A program made the translations under genes and the position numbers. The notes beneath the pieces were generated by a model, which saw only the letters and a list, made by a program, of their open reading frames with translations, had not been told where the DNA came from and made no database searches. Shown in pieces: positions 12,070 to 25,000 of a DNA stretch of 64,000 nucleotides (position 1 is the first letter of the stretch; each line of letters begins with the position of its first letter). Where the stretch lies: NCBI GenBank assembly GCA_020891255.1, contig BQFW01000013.1, positions 124,001 to 188,000 on the forward strand. The letters run 5' to 3'. The DNA comes from Entomortierella parvispora E1425. Taxonomy: Eukaryota; Fungi; Mortierellomycota.

Positions 12070-14198
12070 CTAAAGAGCCTCTGTTGGGTTGGCTGTTTCT
12101 TCGACCCGATGCTTGGGTGATAAGTCCACAGGCATTTGCCCTGACCGTGATCCTGCAATATTCCTGTAACGAATGGCTCGGTTCTGAAGTTGTGCCGGTG
12201 TATCTTCATCGCTGTCTTCATCATCGCTGATGAGGCTGTCTTGATCATATTCATCATCCCCCAGCATCACAGCGACACCCTGGGCAGTTGATGAGTTGGC
12301 CGTCGAAGCTGAGGAAGAGAGCTGCCTATCAGAACTCACTGTGGTAGAGGAGGAGGCTGCGCCGGCAGAGGAAGTGGAGGGAGAAGCCGTCGTATTTGCT
12401 ACTTGTTGTGCAGAGGAAGCTGCCGCTGCAGCAGCCGTTGCGGCCGCAGACTCCCGATTGATACGATCCTGTTCGTCCTGAAGACTTTGTCTCATAGCCT
12501 CCATCATCATGAGTTCTTCCAGATCCGTTCCCATATTCCTCACCGCTGCCAGGTATCCATTGTAATCAGCCGCTGCCGCACTAGAGTTGGATCTCCGAGA
12601 ATTCGATCCGCTGGACCGTCCTGCAGCCAACCGCCGTCCAAGCGCAAACGTGGCACCTGAAACAGAAGATGATGTGGAGGCGCGACGCGAGCCCGGTTGT
12701 CGCTGTGCCGCGGCCAATATCCTGCGATTCCAGTCTGGTCGAAGGTCGTCTATTATGTCATAGAATCCATGGAGTTAGAACTCTTTTCTTTTCTTTTTTT
12801 TTTTTCCTTCTGTTCACTTTCGCCTCACGACCCCCCGTCACTCGAATGGGATCCTCTGCGCTTTTAGTGTTGCACATGAGAGCGAAACACGGAAAATCGT
12901 GGCGTCATACCTGCAGCAACTACGTCTGGGCTCTTATGGCTGGTGCTTCGGCGACGTGAGGACGGAGACGATGGACTTTGGTCAGGCGCTCGCTCCATGG
13001 AATTGGACGAAGAGGACACAGACATGGATGTGCCTCCAGCGTGTTGCTACCGAGGGGGGAAGGGGGTGGGGGCAAAGGGGCAAAGCATGTGGATAGGTTA
13101 GTCACCCGACCTGGAAAATGTCGCCTTTCGGGCGTTCGATGGTGGCCTTCCGAGAAAAAAGGTCAAACAAGATTGAAGTGGTTGAAATGTAATCAAATTT
13201 TACCGTTTGGCCCGTCAGAGGGTGCAGGTCGGTCGGGTGAGGTGTGCACGAGTAAATGACGCCAAAATGCGGCTCGACACAGTAGGGGCAGGCGGGGGAC
13301 TCTGTAGGTGCGCTCTCCAGGCGCTTGAGTTGTACAAAACACTCGGTGCACATGGGCTTGTCACAGCATCTTGTCCGGTTGATATTTCGAGGATAGTACT
13401 GTTCAGGATATTTTGATCATCCGGTAGGAAAGAAACAAAAGAAAAAGAAAAAAAAGGCTCGTCAGTCGGTGGATAAAAAGCTCTTTTCTTGGGCCGTGAC
13501 CCTCATATCAAGACGAGATAGGTCAGGTCGGGTCAAGTCAGGTCAAGTCAGGTCAGACAAGGACTGGGAGAATAGATAGCGTGGATGGCGCAAAGAGGGT
13601 GTCACTTTCTTTCTTTTTTGTGCTCTGCAGAATGTATGTCAGAAAAACCGAGCACCCTGCTCGCATGAATGACCATGGCACGGCATAGCATTGGAGCGCA
13701 GGGGCCATGAGATTCTGAAGAGCAAAAAAAAAGAAAGAGCATGCAGACGGGAGGGGAGATGTTTCAAAAGAGTGACCGTAGAAAAGACTTTTTTTTTACC
13801 AGGAAGCAAATGGGACATTCGATCGCGCCATGGTACAGCCGACGCAGTTCCCGTTCCCGTTCAGACTCTGAGTAATTGTGGGTTGAATGTGGTTGCGAAG
13901 ACGAGGACGAGGGCACAGCCGAGGCGCTCAGAGGTCGCTTGCCAGGTGCAGATGCGGAAGACAAGAGGGAGGGGGAGGTGGCGGCAGCACGGAGGAGCTT
14001 TTCTTTTAGTTCTTCCTGGGCGTCCTCGCTGTCGGCACATTCCTCGAGACCCTTGTAAAATGGAGCAAGCTTGCGCTGGAGAATCAGACGTTGGACGATC
14101 CGAAAGTCATAGTCCTGTGGGCCTGTGTAGATGCCATTGGGCAAGAGAGCGCCGCCGTCGACATGTTCAGCCTTGTCTTTTGTCGCGGTGTTGCCCAT
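12070..14198 (-). CDS. SIP5: Sip5-like RING-related zinc-finger protein
   Basis: Exons approx. 14198-13800, 13398-13204, 13046-12911 and 12749-12070. N-terminal MGN (myristoylation-like). Motifs: [76 protein letters not shown]. Confidence 0.9.
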
Positions 14199-14689
14199 TG
14201 TGAACTGAAGCTCTGTGTGTTTGAGACTGCAGGTGGAGAAGGGACAGAGCAGAGCAGGACAAAGTAGAGAAAGGGAGAGGAGCGACAGAGACAGGGGTGT
14301 CGATGGAAGAAAGCAAAGAAAAAGAAGAAGGGAAGAAAGGAAGAAAGGAAGAAAGGACGGAAGGAAGGAAGGAAGGAAGAGAAGGGACGGAAGGAAGCTG
14401 ACGAAAAGAGAGGAGAAGAGAGGGGAGAGGAAGGGAAAGGAATAAAAAGGCAGTTACGGAAGAAGGGAGGGAAACGGACGGAAAGGAGGGGCAATGAGAA
14501 GAAAGAGAAAAGAGAGAAAGAGAGAAAGAGAGCGAGAGAAAGAGACAAAAGGCGCGGATGGACATGGTCCCAAGGACATCACACCCAAGTGACTGACTGA
14601 CACACCCCAGGGGAACAACACACCGTCGCACTGTCGCACTGCACTGTGCGGGTGTGAGAAGAATAGTAGCACACAAAGCAGCGCAGTTC

Positions 14690-14720
<31 letters not shown>

Positions 14721-15121
14721 GCACCCTGTCCGTGCAGTGGCAAGTGTTGTGTGCTGTCCCACTTCCTCTTTGCAGGGAAATAACGTTGCGAGGAAATAGT
14801 GGATTTCAGTTCCAACGGTCTGTTTCTTTGGATTTGATTTTGAACAGGGGAACAGCGTGGCAAGAAAATAAGATGCTCTCCTTCTCCCTGTGTGGGTGCT
14901 GTGTGTGAGAGAGGGAGGGAGAGAGGGAGGGAGTGAGAGAGGGAGGGAGTGAGAGCACCTTTGTGTCATTCTCTCCTTTCGTTGCCTTCCCTTTCTCTCT
15001 TTTTCTCATCTGACCCCATCGAAATTCATCATCAGGACAACAGGACTGAATCCAACGAGCAGACCATCCACACTCGCTGTCGGCTCATCATCACCCACAA
15101 CAGAGTGCGTTCTAAATCAAA

Positions 15122-17039
15122 ATGTCGTCCACTTCAGACAATGTCGACTCCAGCATCGACGCGGCCACCAACGGCACTGACTTTGATGTCGCCTCTCTCA
15201 AGAACCCAGAGTATGTGCGCAAGTTCGACCGGGTCATTGACGATCTTCAAGATGTCTACCAGCACAAGATTCGTCCCCTTGAGAAGGCCTATAACTTTGA
15301 ACACTTTTCATCTTCGGCCCCCCTCGGCAACGATGATATTGCTGCTAAGCCCATGGTCCTTTTGATCGGACAATACAGTACCGTACGTGCATGCAGTAGA
15401 TCTTACTTCAATCGGGAGGCATGCAACATGCCAAATCATCAGTAATTCTTACCTTTGAACTCTACCAATATGCTACACTTACAGGGCAAGACCACATTCA
15501 TCAACTCCCTCTTGAAAAAGTCATACCCCAGCTCCCACATTGGAGTCGAACCAACAGTATGTGTCATTGGATCAACACGTTTTGTGCTCTTTGGCAGTCA
15601 GCGGTGGTGTGTGGCTAACCAAATGACCCGTCCTCGAAATAACACAATAACAAAATAGACAGATCGCTTTGTGGCCGTCATGGACAACCCAACAGAGAGA
15701 ATTATTCCAGGAAATGCTGCTGCCGTGAGCTCAGCATTGCCTTTCAAGGGTCTGGATAAGTTTGGTCAGGCTTTCCTCTCTCGTTTCCAAGTCTCGCAGA
15801 CACCTTCACCCGTTCTTCAAAACTTCACCATTGTGGACACACCTGGTATTCTCTCAGGCGACAAACAGCGTGATCGTGGATATGACTACACCTCTGTCAT
15901 CGAATGGTTCGCAGAGCGCGCAGATCTGGTTCTTTTGCTCTTTGACTCGCACAAGCTCGATATCTCGAACGAACTGAAGGCGGCTATCCATGCTTTGAAG
16001 GGCCACGAGGAGAAGGTTCGCGTCGTCCTCAACAAATCTGATATGGTCAACCAACAGCAGTTGATGAGAGTGTAGGCGATTTTGGCTTTTTGATGAACTT
16101 TGTCTTTGTCCGACTGAACCGTCATTGACATGCTATCGTTTGCTTTCTAGGTATGGTGCGTTGATGTGGTCTCTTGGAAAGGTTGTGCATAGTCCCGAGG
16201 TGATGCGCGTGTACTTGGTCTCGATTTGGTTGGAGCGTCCACCCAACGCCTTTGACGATTGCAGATCACTCCTGGACAATGAAAAGAAGGATCTTCTCAC
16301 AGATCTTCAACAATTACCCGTCAATGCCGCCATTAGGAAGGTCAACGAAATCGTCAAACGTGCCCGTCTGGCTCGTGTCCACGCGTTGATCATGGCACAT
16401 TTGAGAGAACAGATGCCCTCGTTCTATGGAAAGGCTGCAGCCTTGAAACAGCTCTCCGACAACCTGCCACAAGAGTTCAAGATAGTGTCCAAGAAATACC
16501 GTCTGCCCATGGGTGATTTCCCAGATGTCGAAAAGTTCCAAGAGGCCCTTGTGGGCATGAAGTTTGAGCAGTTTGGAGCCTTGAATGAGAAGTTGTTGAT
16601 GGCTTCGGATGAGGTAAAAACGAATACCCCGTCGATCCTTTTTATTGTTTCTCAGGCGCAGGTACAGGCGCACGCACACAGGCACTAATTCATTCAAATT
16701 TGATCTTCGTTTCCATTCCAGGCCCTGGGAACTGACCTTCCCGAGCTGTTGCAGCGTCTTCCTCATCATTCGTCGTTCCATGGTACAACAGCCAAGCCTG
16801 AGATCGATTCAGAGGATGAGGACCAGGACTCTGAGGATCGACCTCTCCGCAAGGGACTTTCCAGAACCGCAACGCGATCCCGCTACGCACCTGCCAAGCA
16901 GGAGCGTGATATGGCCGCAATTGTGTACAACATCATTGTCTTTACTCTAGTTCTTTTCTTTACCACTGTTGTTGGTGGTGGTGTGGCCATGAAGATGGGC
17001 TACGACATGGGGCCACTGCTGGATCTTTTGAAGCCCTAG
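15122..17039 (+). CDS. EHD-family dynamin-like ATPase lacking the EH domain, with a C-terminal transmembrane helix (about 508 aa)
   Basis: Exons 15122-15382, 15485-15556, 15659-16071, 16151-16613 and 16722-17039 (1527 nt, in frame). EHD signature motifs: GQYSTGKTTFI, IGVEPTTDRF, DTPGILSG, FDSHKLDIS, VLNKSD, RVYGALMWSLGK, RKVNEIVKRARLARVHA. C-terminus AIVYNIIVFTLVLFFTTVVGGGVAM is hydrophobic. Confidence 0.92.
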
Positions 17040-17478
17040 ACAATTCTTATTGATAGACCCAAATAATAATAATAAAAAAAACAGGATTTTGACAGAAACA
17101 ACAGAACTGCGCGATGGTCAAGAGAAGTAAAAAGTCGACAAAAGAATGGCCATCCAGGCCTGGACCGCGGTTAAGACTGAGTTGAGAAAGAAAGTGATCG
17201 TAGAAAGGGATCCAGGGACCACGGAGCGCTGTATCCGGGGCGCTTTTTCGCGCTTTTGAGACTCGATCGATCATGATGACCCCAGAGGAAAATTTGTCAT
17301 TGTTGTCGGGGTCGGGGCGAATTCGCGCGATCGACAGCCAAAAGAGGAATCCGCCCACAGCAGACGAGACAGTGGTCTGAGAGACATAACGAGAGGACCG
17401 AGTGTCCACGCACGCACGCAGACACTCTGGCACGAGTCGCACGCTCTCCTCTCTCCTCCTTCCTCAACCCAGAAAATA

Positions 17479-18326
17479 ATGTTGCGTTCCTTCGCCCTTA
17501 TAAAGCCTCGCCGTCTCTCTCCTTCCCTCCCGCTCTCTCAATTCATTCTCAAAACCAGCCCTTTCTCCCATCCATTCTCAACCGCCCGACCAACCAACAT
17601 GTCCGTTCCCAACTTTTTCGACCTCAAGGCCCAGAACAAGAAGCATGAGGAGATCAGCATGAAGACCTTTGAGAACAAGGTCATCCTTGTCGTCAACGTC
17701 GCCTCCAAGTGCGGCTTCACCTCCCAGTACGCCGGTCTTCAGGAGCTCTATGCCAAGTACAAGGACCGTGGCTTTGTCATCATCGGCTTCCCCTGCAACC
17801 AGTTTGGAGGACAGGTAAGGATTCCTTTGACCGTTATTCGCAGCGCAGCACACCGACTGGGCTATTCTGGACTTGCCTCGTCGCGAAGCACCTCCTCGTC
17901 TTTGTCTAACAAAACCGTGTCTTTCTCTTTTCCTTCTTTTCTCGTCTCTGCTTCTGATTCTATAGGAACCCGGTACTGAAGAAGGTATTACTCATTGGAA
18001 CATTTTTTCTTCCTTTTGGCGACCGTCATTATTTCGTGACAATACTGACATCATTTTATTTCTGCCCCACTTTAGAAATCGAATCTTTCTGCCAAGTCAA
18101 CTTTGGAGTCGAGTTCCCCATCATGGCCAAGATTGATGTGAACGGCGACAAGGAGGATCCCGTGTACACTTTCCTCAAGTCCCAGAAGGCCGGTCTCTTG
18201 GGTCTTCAGCGTATCAAGTGGAACTTTGAGAAGTTCTTGATCAACAAGCAGGGAACTGTTGTTAAGCGTTACTCTTCGGTCACCACCCCTGGCGCCATTG
18301 GTGAGGATGTCGAGAAGCTCCTTTAA
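17479..18326 (+). CDS. Cys-type glutathione/thioredoxin peroxidase (Gpx3/Hyr1-like), possible mitochondrial presequence
   Basis: Exons 17479 (or 17599)-17813, 17966-17984 (19-nt microexon) and 18076-18326. Motifs: VNVASKCGFTSQY, GFPCNQFGGQEPG, ESFC (resolving Cys position), IKWNFEKFLI. Confidence 0.95.
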
Positions 18327-19011
18327 AAAGGGAACATGCAACTGACCAGCAAACAACAATCAAAACCACAAAAAAAAAAAAAAAGAGATAGAGAGTATTC
18401 ACAACTCTTCCACATTGTAAATAACAGTAATAAACCATTGTACCAAAAAGAAAACACGACAGCAACCAATTGAAGGTCGCTTGGGATCCATTTTGAAGAA
18501 ACACAGCTGTTGACCGTTATTTTGTTCATTTTTTTGTTTTTGTGTAATGAGAAGAAAAAAAATGGTGAAATGTACCAAAATGCTAAATTCCAATCCAGCA
18601 GTAGAGAAGATTGCTGAGTCGGACTCATAGCCTGGCAAGATCCAATGGATCTGATCTTCCTGTCCCAACAATGTCCAGCGAGATTGACCCGAGAGTCAAT
18701 CCCTACCGGCCGAGCGACATTGATCCATTGACGGAAAGTCATAGTACAGCATCAAGGGGACAGGGTGGTTGAAGATCAGATCGTGGCTCGCAGACGGGTT
18801 CACTTTTATACCATGCGCAAGGCGCCCTTGGTGGCTTGCGTCCAGATACAAAAGATTTTTCGTTATGGACTGTTCAAACGCAACACACTCACGCGGTCGC
18901 TGTCGGGAGGACAAAAAAAAAGTTGCCTTTTTCAACACTTTCCACCCTCTTCCTTCCTTCTCCGTTCCAAACACACATCCTTCCAACACACCGAAGCCCG
19001 ACCGACCCGTC

Positions 19012-20292
19012 ATGTTCAGTGCAACCACCTCTACGATAGCCCGTTCAGGACAGCGACAGCTCTGGACGGCCGCACGCCAGTCTATTGTTCAGTCCACACG
19101 GAGAGCATACCGTCCTCAGCTGGTCACACCTCTGGACCCACGCTGCTCGCGTGTTTGCTACAGCACCACCCAGGCCTTGTTCAAAGAACGCAAGGAAGAG
19201 CTCGGACACATCCACACCAACAACAGCAGTAACAATAACAACACCACCCACCCCTCTAAATCAGCGACTGGCGCCTCTTCTGCCGTCGTGGACGATGAGG
19301 CAGTCTTGATCGCGGACGATGACGATCTGTTGGTCGGAAACGAAGGTCTCGAGACCATTGATCCCAAAGATTACCCAGAACTGTACCCCGGAGATGAGGA
19401 TATCGAAGGATTGAGTCAAGAGTCCCACCCGGACAGTGAGCGCGATTTTGAAGACATTGACGGATCCAATTCATCGTCGGCATCATCATCACCGTCCGTC
19501 CTCCTGTCAGACAAGGAGAGATCCGAAGAAGAGTTTTCATGGTTTGTCGACGAGTCCTACCCAGCAACGACTGGATTCGATATGGACGCAGAAAAGGAGG
19601 CCGCGGCTGCTGCCTCTTCAGATTTCATCCCACTCTGGCAAAAGAATGCTCAACGGACACCAGGAAGCGCAGGAGACTCGACCGAGGAGGAGATCTCCCC
19701 GGATTCAATCTCGGGACTGGTCAAGCTCTTGGAATCGGAGAGAGCACGGAATATCAAGGTCATTGATATGAGAGAAAAGTGCGACTGGACCAACTGGATG
19801 GTTATCGCTGAGGGATTGAGTGAAAGACATTTGGGCAATGTGGCCGATCAGGTTTACAGTGCTGTAAGCAATTGTTTGCTTTTTTTTTCTTTGAGAGTGA
19901 CATTATCCTATGAGGATTTTACTAAGATTATACTTTTTTTTTTTTTTTTTTTTTTTTGCCACCGTCACCAGTTGAAAAGGACTTCACCACAAACCAGTCC
20001 CCCTGTCATGGAAGGTCGCGACACCTCGGACTGGGTCGTGATTGATGCAGGATCGGTCGTGATTCATTTCATGACCCCAGAGGCTAGAAAGGAGCGCGAT
20101 CTCGAGGGACTTTGGGCTTCGGTCAAGAACCCCCTCAAACTCAAGGACGCGGAGGATATCTCTTGGGATGATGTCAAGGCCAAGATGACAAAGTCCTGGA
20201 AAGAAGATACTGGACGCTCCAAGGGAGAGGATGGAAAGAGAGGACGTCGTGGTGAACGGGACATCCCCTTGTCCGACGTTGTCAAGTGGTAA
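19012..20292 (+). CDS. Mitochondrial RsfS/Iojap/MALSU1-family protein (related to the Atp25 N-terminal domain)
   Basis: ATG 19012 starts a presequence-like N-terminus. Intron approx. 19864-19971. RsfS-type motifs: ARNIKVIDMREKCDWTNWMVIAEG, EGRDTSDWVVIDAGSVVIHFMTPEARKERDLEGLW. Confidence 0.88.
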   Translation: MFSATTSTIARSGQRQLWTAARQSIVQSTRRAYRPQLVTPLDPRCSRVCYSTTQALFKERKEELGHIHTNNSSNNNNTTHPSKSATGASSAVVDDEAVLIADDDDLLVGNEGLETIDPKDYPELYPGDEDIEGLSQESHPDSERDFEDIDGSNSSSASSSPSVLLSDKERSEEEFSWFVDESYPATTGFDMDAEKEAAAAASSDFIPLWQKNAQRTPGSAGDSTEEEISPDSISGLVKLLESERARNIKVIDMREKCDWTNWMVIAEGLSERHLGNVADQVYSAVSNCLLFFSLRVTLSYEDFTKIILFFFFFFFCHRHQLKRTSPQTSPPVMEGRDTSDWVVIDAGSVVIHFMTPEARKERDLEGLWASVKNPLKLKDAEDISWDDVKAKMTKSWKEDTGRSKGEDGKRGRRGERDIPLSDVVKW

Positions 20293-22064
20293 ATTATTGA
20301 ATATTAGAAAACTGACCAAATACATCATTTCAAATCAATTTTGACAATGAAAAAAAACCCCCGGGGGATAAGTCATATTTAGAAGGGTTCATTGAAGGGG
20401 TTCTACTATCGTATTCTATGGCACTTATTGCCAGAAGTAGACATTTGCAATCACGCAGAGGAGAGTAAGCAGCGCGGTCTGGGTAAGAATCTACGGGAGA
20501 TGGCAAAGAGGGTTAGTTCTTCTCTATTTGGGAACCAGAAGGGCTATTGTGCGATCCAGTGGAGTCCGCGTCATGCTTACAAAGTACTTGAACTTGGGGT
20601 CTACAAGATTCCAGGAACGATATTGAGCACAAAAAAAAAAAAAAAAAAAAAAAAAAACGCGATTAGAAGTCTGATCCCTCCTCACCGAAAGCTACGCCTC
20701 TACTCCAATTGTGCTGCACATACCAAGATCGCCGTTCCGCCACGCTCGAAGCTAAATATCCAAAAGAAGATTGTGTTCAAAAGTCAACGGTCAGTGAAGA
20801 ATGCCTAGATAGAGTCCACGATCGCTCAAGGTTCTCTAGCATGCTACATGATGGCATGTCCCATGTTCCATACCAAATGTCCGAGGCACAGTGCAAAGCC
20901 TGTGATAATCAAGCCCAGTATAAGATGTGCTCCTGACTTGTGAGTGTTGATGAGGGAAAAGAGCAACGTCAATGAGACCAAGACGAGAACCAGGATACCT
21001 AGAAATGACGAAGTGACGTTCAGGCGGTGCTGTCAGTTCAAATTCTTGGAGTCGAGTTACAACCTCCCTTCCTCTAGGGATTCCAGTCTAAGCATTCGCT
21101 TCCTTACCGGCTCCTTGCTCAATCATCCTCTCCTGAAGACGCAGATAGAAAAAGAGAGATGATGAGGATGGTCAGTTGATTCTGCCGTATCTGGACAGCT
21201 TTTGCACGTGGGCCATTTTTTTTCTTTTTTTTTGTCGGAAGTCGAAAGCGCTGCATCACATGGCAAGTCGAGGGTGTCTGATGGTCCATCCATTGTTCTT
21301 GCCCGGTGAGTGAGTAGGCACCAGCATGCATCCTGAATAAAACTGTCTTCCTTTCCAGCCACCCAGCCATCGCAGTTTTGACCAGACCAGAAAGTGTTCG
21401 TGTCCAGTGCTCTATTTCTTGCTCCGTTTCCACAGGCGTTGAAGAAACGCGAAAGGTTCCTGAATGAAAAGTGGTGCATGGTCAGTCCTGTACCTGGTCT
21501 GATGAGCCGAGGAAAAGAACATCGTGTGAGGACCAAGACTGTGCGTCGTCGGGATCGATGGGCTGGTAGGACATTGTGGGGGGAAAAGGATGTGCGTGCG
21601 TGGAGAGAGAGTGAAGGAGTTTCCGCTCTTGGAAGACCGAGCGCTACCTTGATTCTTGAAGGCGTGCGAAGGATACACGTGACATTTTGAGAAAGTCACG
21701 TGAGATAGCAAAGCCAAGGCAGCATATGCGATCATTTCACTTCCTTGACATCGCCGGGTTGGTATTCCTGTTTAGCAAGGGTGATCTTGCCCTTGCGTCT
21801 ACATAGGGCCGCTCCTTTCCTCTCCTCGTCAGTCGCGACGTGGCGCATCATCATCCACTTTTCTGCTACCGCTCCTTCGACTTCTTCCATCTCTTCATCA
21901 CTCGTCCGTCTCTCCCCTGTCTCTCATTCATCACTCCAGGAAACACGGCTGACTGCATCTCCCGCATTGCATCCCGCTCCCTGCATCCTTCCGCTTCATC
22001 TTCATCCCACTCCCAAACACCCCTAGTTCCCGTGCGTTGACCACCATCCCCCGGGAGTTTCTAC

Positions 22065-25000
22065 ATGATGAGTTATTCTAAGAGAGATGAGGACTCTGGT
22101 AACGTAGACTCTTCCTTCCATCCTGGCCATTCTTTCTCTGGCACAATGGAAATTCCTCCTCAACAATGGCATCCTCGAGAAAACAAAAGTGACGCGATTA
22201 GCATCTAACGGCTCTGCTTCATCTTCATCCAATCTGATTCACAGGCAGGATTGGCTACCAACACTACTTTGACAAGACCACCATCCTCCAGGAGGCGCGT
22301 GTCTTCAACGAGTCGCCCATCAATGCCCGCAAATGCCGTGCCCTGTTGACAAAGATTCTCTACCTCATCTCGCAGGGTGAGACCTTTGGCACCACCGAGG
22401 CCACAGAGCTTTTCTTCAGCGTCACAAAGCTTTTCCAGTCCAAAGACGTAATGCTTTTAAATTCTTCGCGTGTCAATCTGATTTGCGACTCGACAGCCCA
22501 TGACTGATTGCTTTTATTTTGAACACACCTATAGTCTGCCCTTCGCCAGATGGTCTACCTTGTTATCAAGGAGCTCTCCACAGTTGCCGAGGATGTGATC
22601 ATGGTTACCAGCAGTTTGATGAAGGATATGCAGCCTACCTCTGAGGTCATGTACCGCGCCAACGCCATTCGTGTCCTCCGCAAGATCACGGACGTAAGTG
22701 GATACCAGCACTGGACCCGACAGGAAATCACTTTTATCCCAGAAACATGACTGATCTATCTCTCTACATAACTAGGCCTCGATGTTGCAAGGATTGGAGC
22801 GCTTCTTGAAGGCCGCAATCGTGGACAAGAATGCAAAGGTTTCGTCCGCAGCCTTGGTGTCCTCGTACCATCTTTACGGAATCGCTCGTGAGGTCGTCAA
22901 GCGATGGGCTAACGAAGCACAGGAGGCGATCAATGCCAAGCCCCAATCCGCTGTCTCGGCTGCCACTTCATACGTCAGCTCCTTTGGAAACGTGCCCGCG
23001 ACTTATACCGCCGTCTCCAACTCCAACATTGTCCAATACCATGCCTTGGGTCTCTTGTACGCCATCCGCCAGAAGGACCGTATGGCTGTGTCCAAGTTGG
23101 TTCAGAACTATGCTGCCAAGAGCGGTATGAGCGGATCTGTTCTTCGCTCGCCTTTCGCTCAGTGCTTGTTGGTTCGTTATGCCTGCAAGGTTATGGAGGA
23201 GGATCCTAGGTAAGCATATTGACATATGGTCTTATATTTTTGGACTAATTCATGAATTGAACTGCAGACATTAGCGAGATTGTTGATCCACCTTTTTGAT
23301 CTCGTAGCTCCACCCGCGCCGTTTATGATTTGTTGGAAGGTTGGTTGCGCCACAAGAGCGAGATGGTCAATTTGGAGGCTGCCAAGGCTATCTGCGAAAT
23401 CAAGGATGCCACTGTCAAGGAATTGTTCCCCGCCGTGACCACTCTTCAAAACTTCCTCTCTTCGGGCAAACCCAGCATCAAGTTTGCTGCCATCCGTGCC
23501 TTGAACAAGTTGGCGATGACTCAGCCCGCCGCCGTCGCCCCTTGCAATATTGACATGGAGAACATGATCACGGATCAGAACAGGAGCATTTCGACCTTCG
23601 CCATCACGACCTTGTTGAAGACTGGTAACGAAGCGTCGGTTGAGCGTTTGATGAAGCAAATCAGTGGCTTCATGTCAGAAATCACGGATGAGTCCAAGGT
23701 CTTGGTTGTGGAAGCAGTCGGATCCCTCTGCATCAAATTCCCTGCGAAGCATCACGTCATGTTGAGTTTCCTCAGCGGCGCTTTGCGTGACGATGGTGGA
23801 TATGACTTTAAGCGCGCTGTCGTTGAGGCCATCTTCAACTTTGTCAAGTACATTCCCGAGTCCAAGGAGGCTGCCCTTTCACACTTGTGCGAGATTATCG
23901 AGGATTGCGAGTACTCCAAGCTTTCCGTCAAGATCTTGCACTTGCTCGGAGTCGAGGGACCAAAGTGCCCACAGCCCACCAAATATATCCGCTACATCTA
24001 CAACCGAGTCATCCTCGAGAACGCCGTCGTCCGTGGTGCAGCTGTCAGCGCATTGGCCAAGTTTGGTGTCAATGTGGAGGACGAGGCCGTCAAGAAGAGC
24101 GTCAAGGTTCTTTTGAGCCGCTGCTTGGACGATGCCGATGATGAGGTCCGTGACAGAGCTACCATGTACTTGAATGTTATCAAGTCTGGTGACGAGCAGG
24201 GATATGTTCGTGATGGTAAGAACCCTGTCGATACTTTGATTCGTCTTTTTTTTTTTCTTTTGTCAAGCAACGATGATGTTTGGGTACTAACCCTTGTTGC
24301 TCTTTTCAATTTAGACTCCACATACGCACTTGCATACTTGGAACGCCAGCTTCTCAACTATGTTTCGAACCCAGAACTCGCGGATACTCCTTTCGATTTG
24401 TCTGCAGTCCCCAAGATTTCCCGACAGGACGAGCAGGAGCGTGGAGCCCAGGATTTGGGAATTACTCAGAGCCTCGGCGCCAGAACCTCAACTCCTCCTC
24501 AATCTGGGAGCGCCTCAAACGGCAGTGGGGCCCGTCCTGCCGTTTCCACCACCCCTTCCTTGGATCAGCAAGCAGCCTATGCTCAACAATTGGCAGAAAT
24601 TCGCGAGTTTGCCTCTTTTGGACCTTTGTTCAAGTCGACTGCCAAACCAGTCGAGCTTACGGAATCCGAGACGGAATACGTTGTCAGCTGCGTCAAACAC
24701 GTCTTTGCTCACCACGTTGTTTTCCAGGTAACGACTTCTCAATGCTGGTTAATGAGATAATGGCCATGCTTTCCAATCATCATTGATATTAACCAGCCCT
24801 CCTTTTATTTCTGTTGATCAGTTTAACATCAAGAATACTTTGAACGACAGTGTTCTGGAGGATGTCAACGTCTTGATGACACCCGACAACGATGAGGTGT
24901 CGCTGGTGGAGCGTGTTTTGATCCCAGCTCCTCAGCTGGTGTATGACGTTCCAGGTGTTGCCTACGTTGCCTACGAGAGGACAGTCTTGGAGGAGTACCC

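Noticed and set aside
14215-15010. ORFs rich in F/S/L or R/K/E, also at 29051-29400, 56070-56780 and 63400-63900
   Set aside because: Translations of CT/GA microsatellite-rich UTRs and poly(A/T) tracts, not genes.
17689-17720. Selenocysteine GPX
   Set aside because: The active-site codon is TGC (Cys) with no in-frame TGA, so it is an ordinary Cys-GPX.
20870-20940. CKACDNQAQYKMCS, resembling the start of a zf-HIT/MYND finger
   Set aside because: It stops immediately, with no second Cys/His cluster and no convincing splice continuation.
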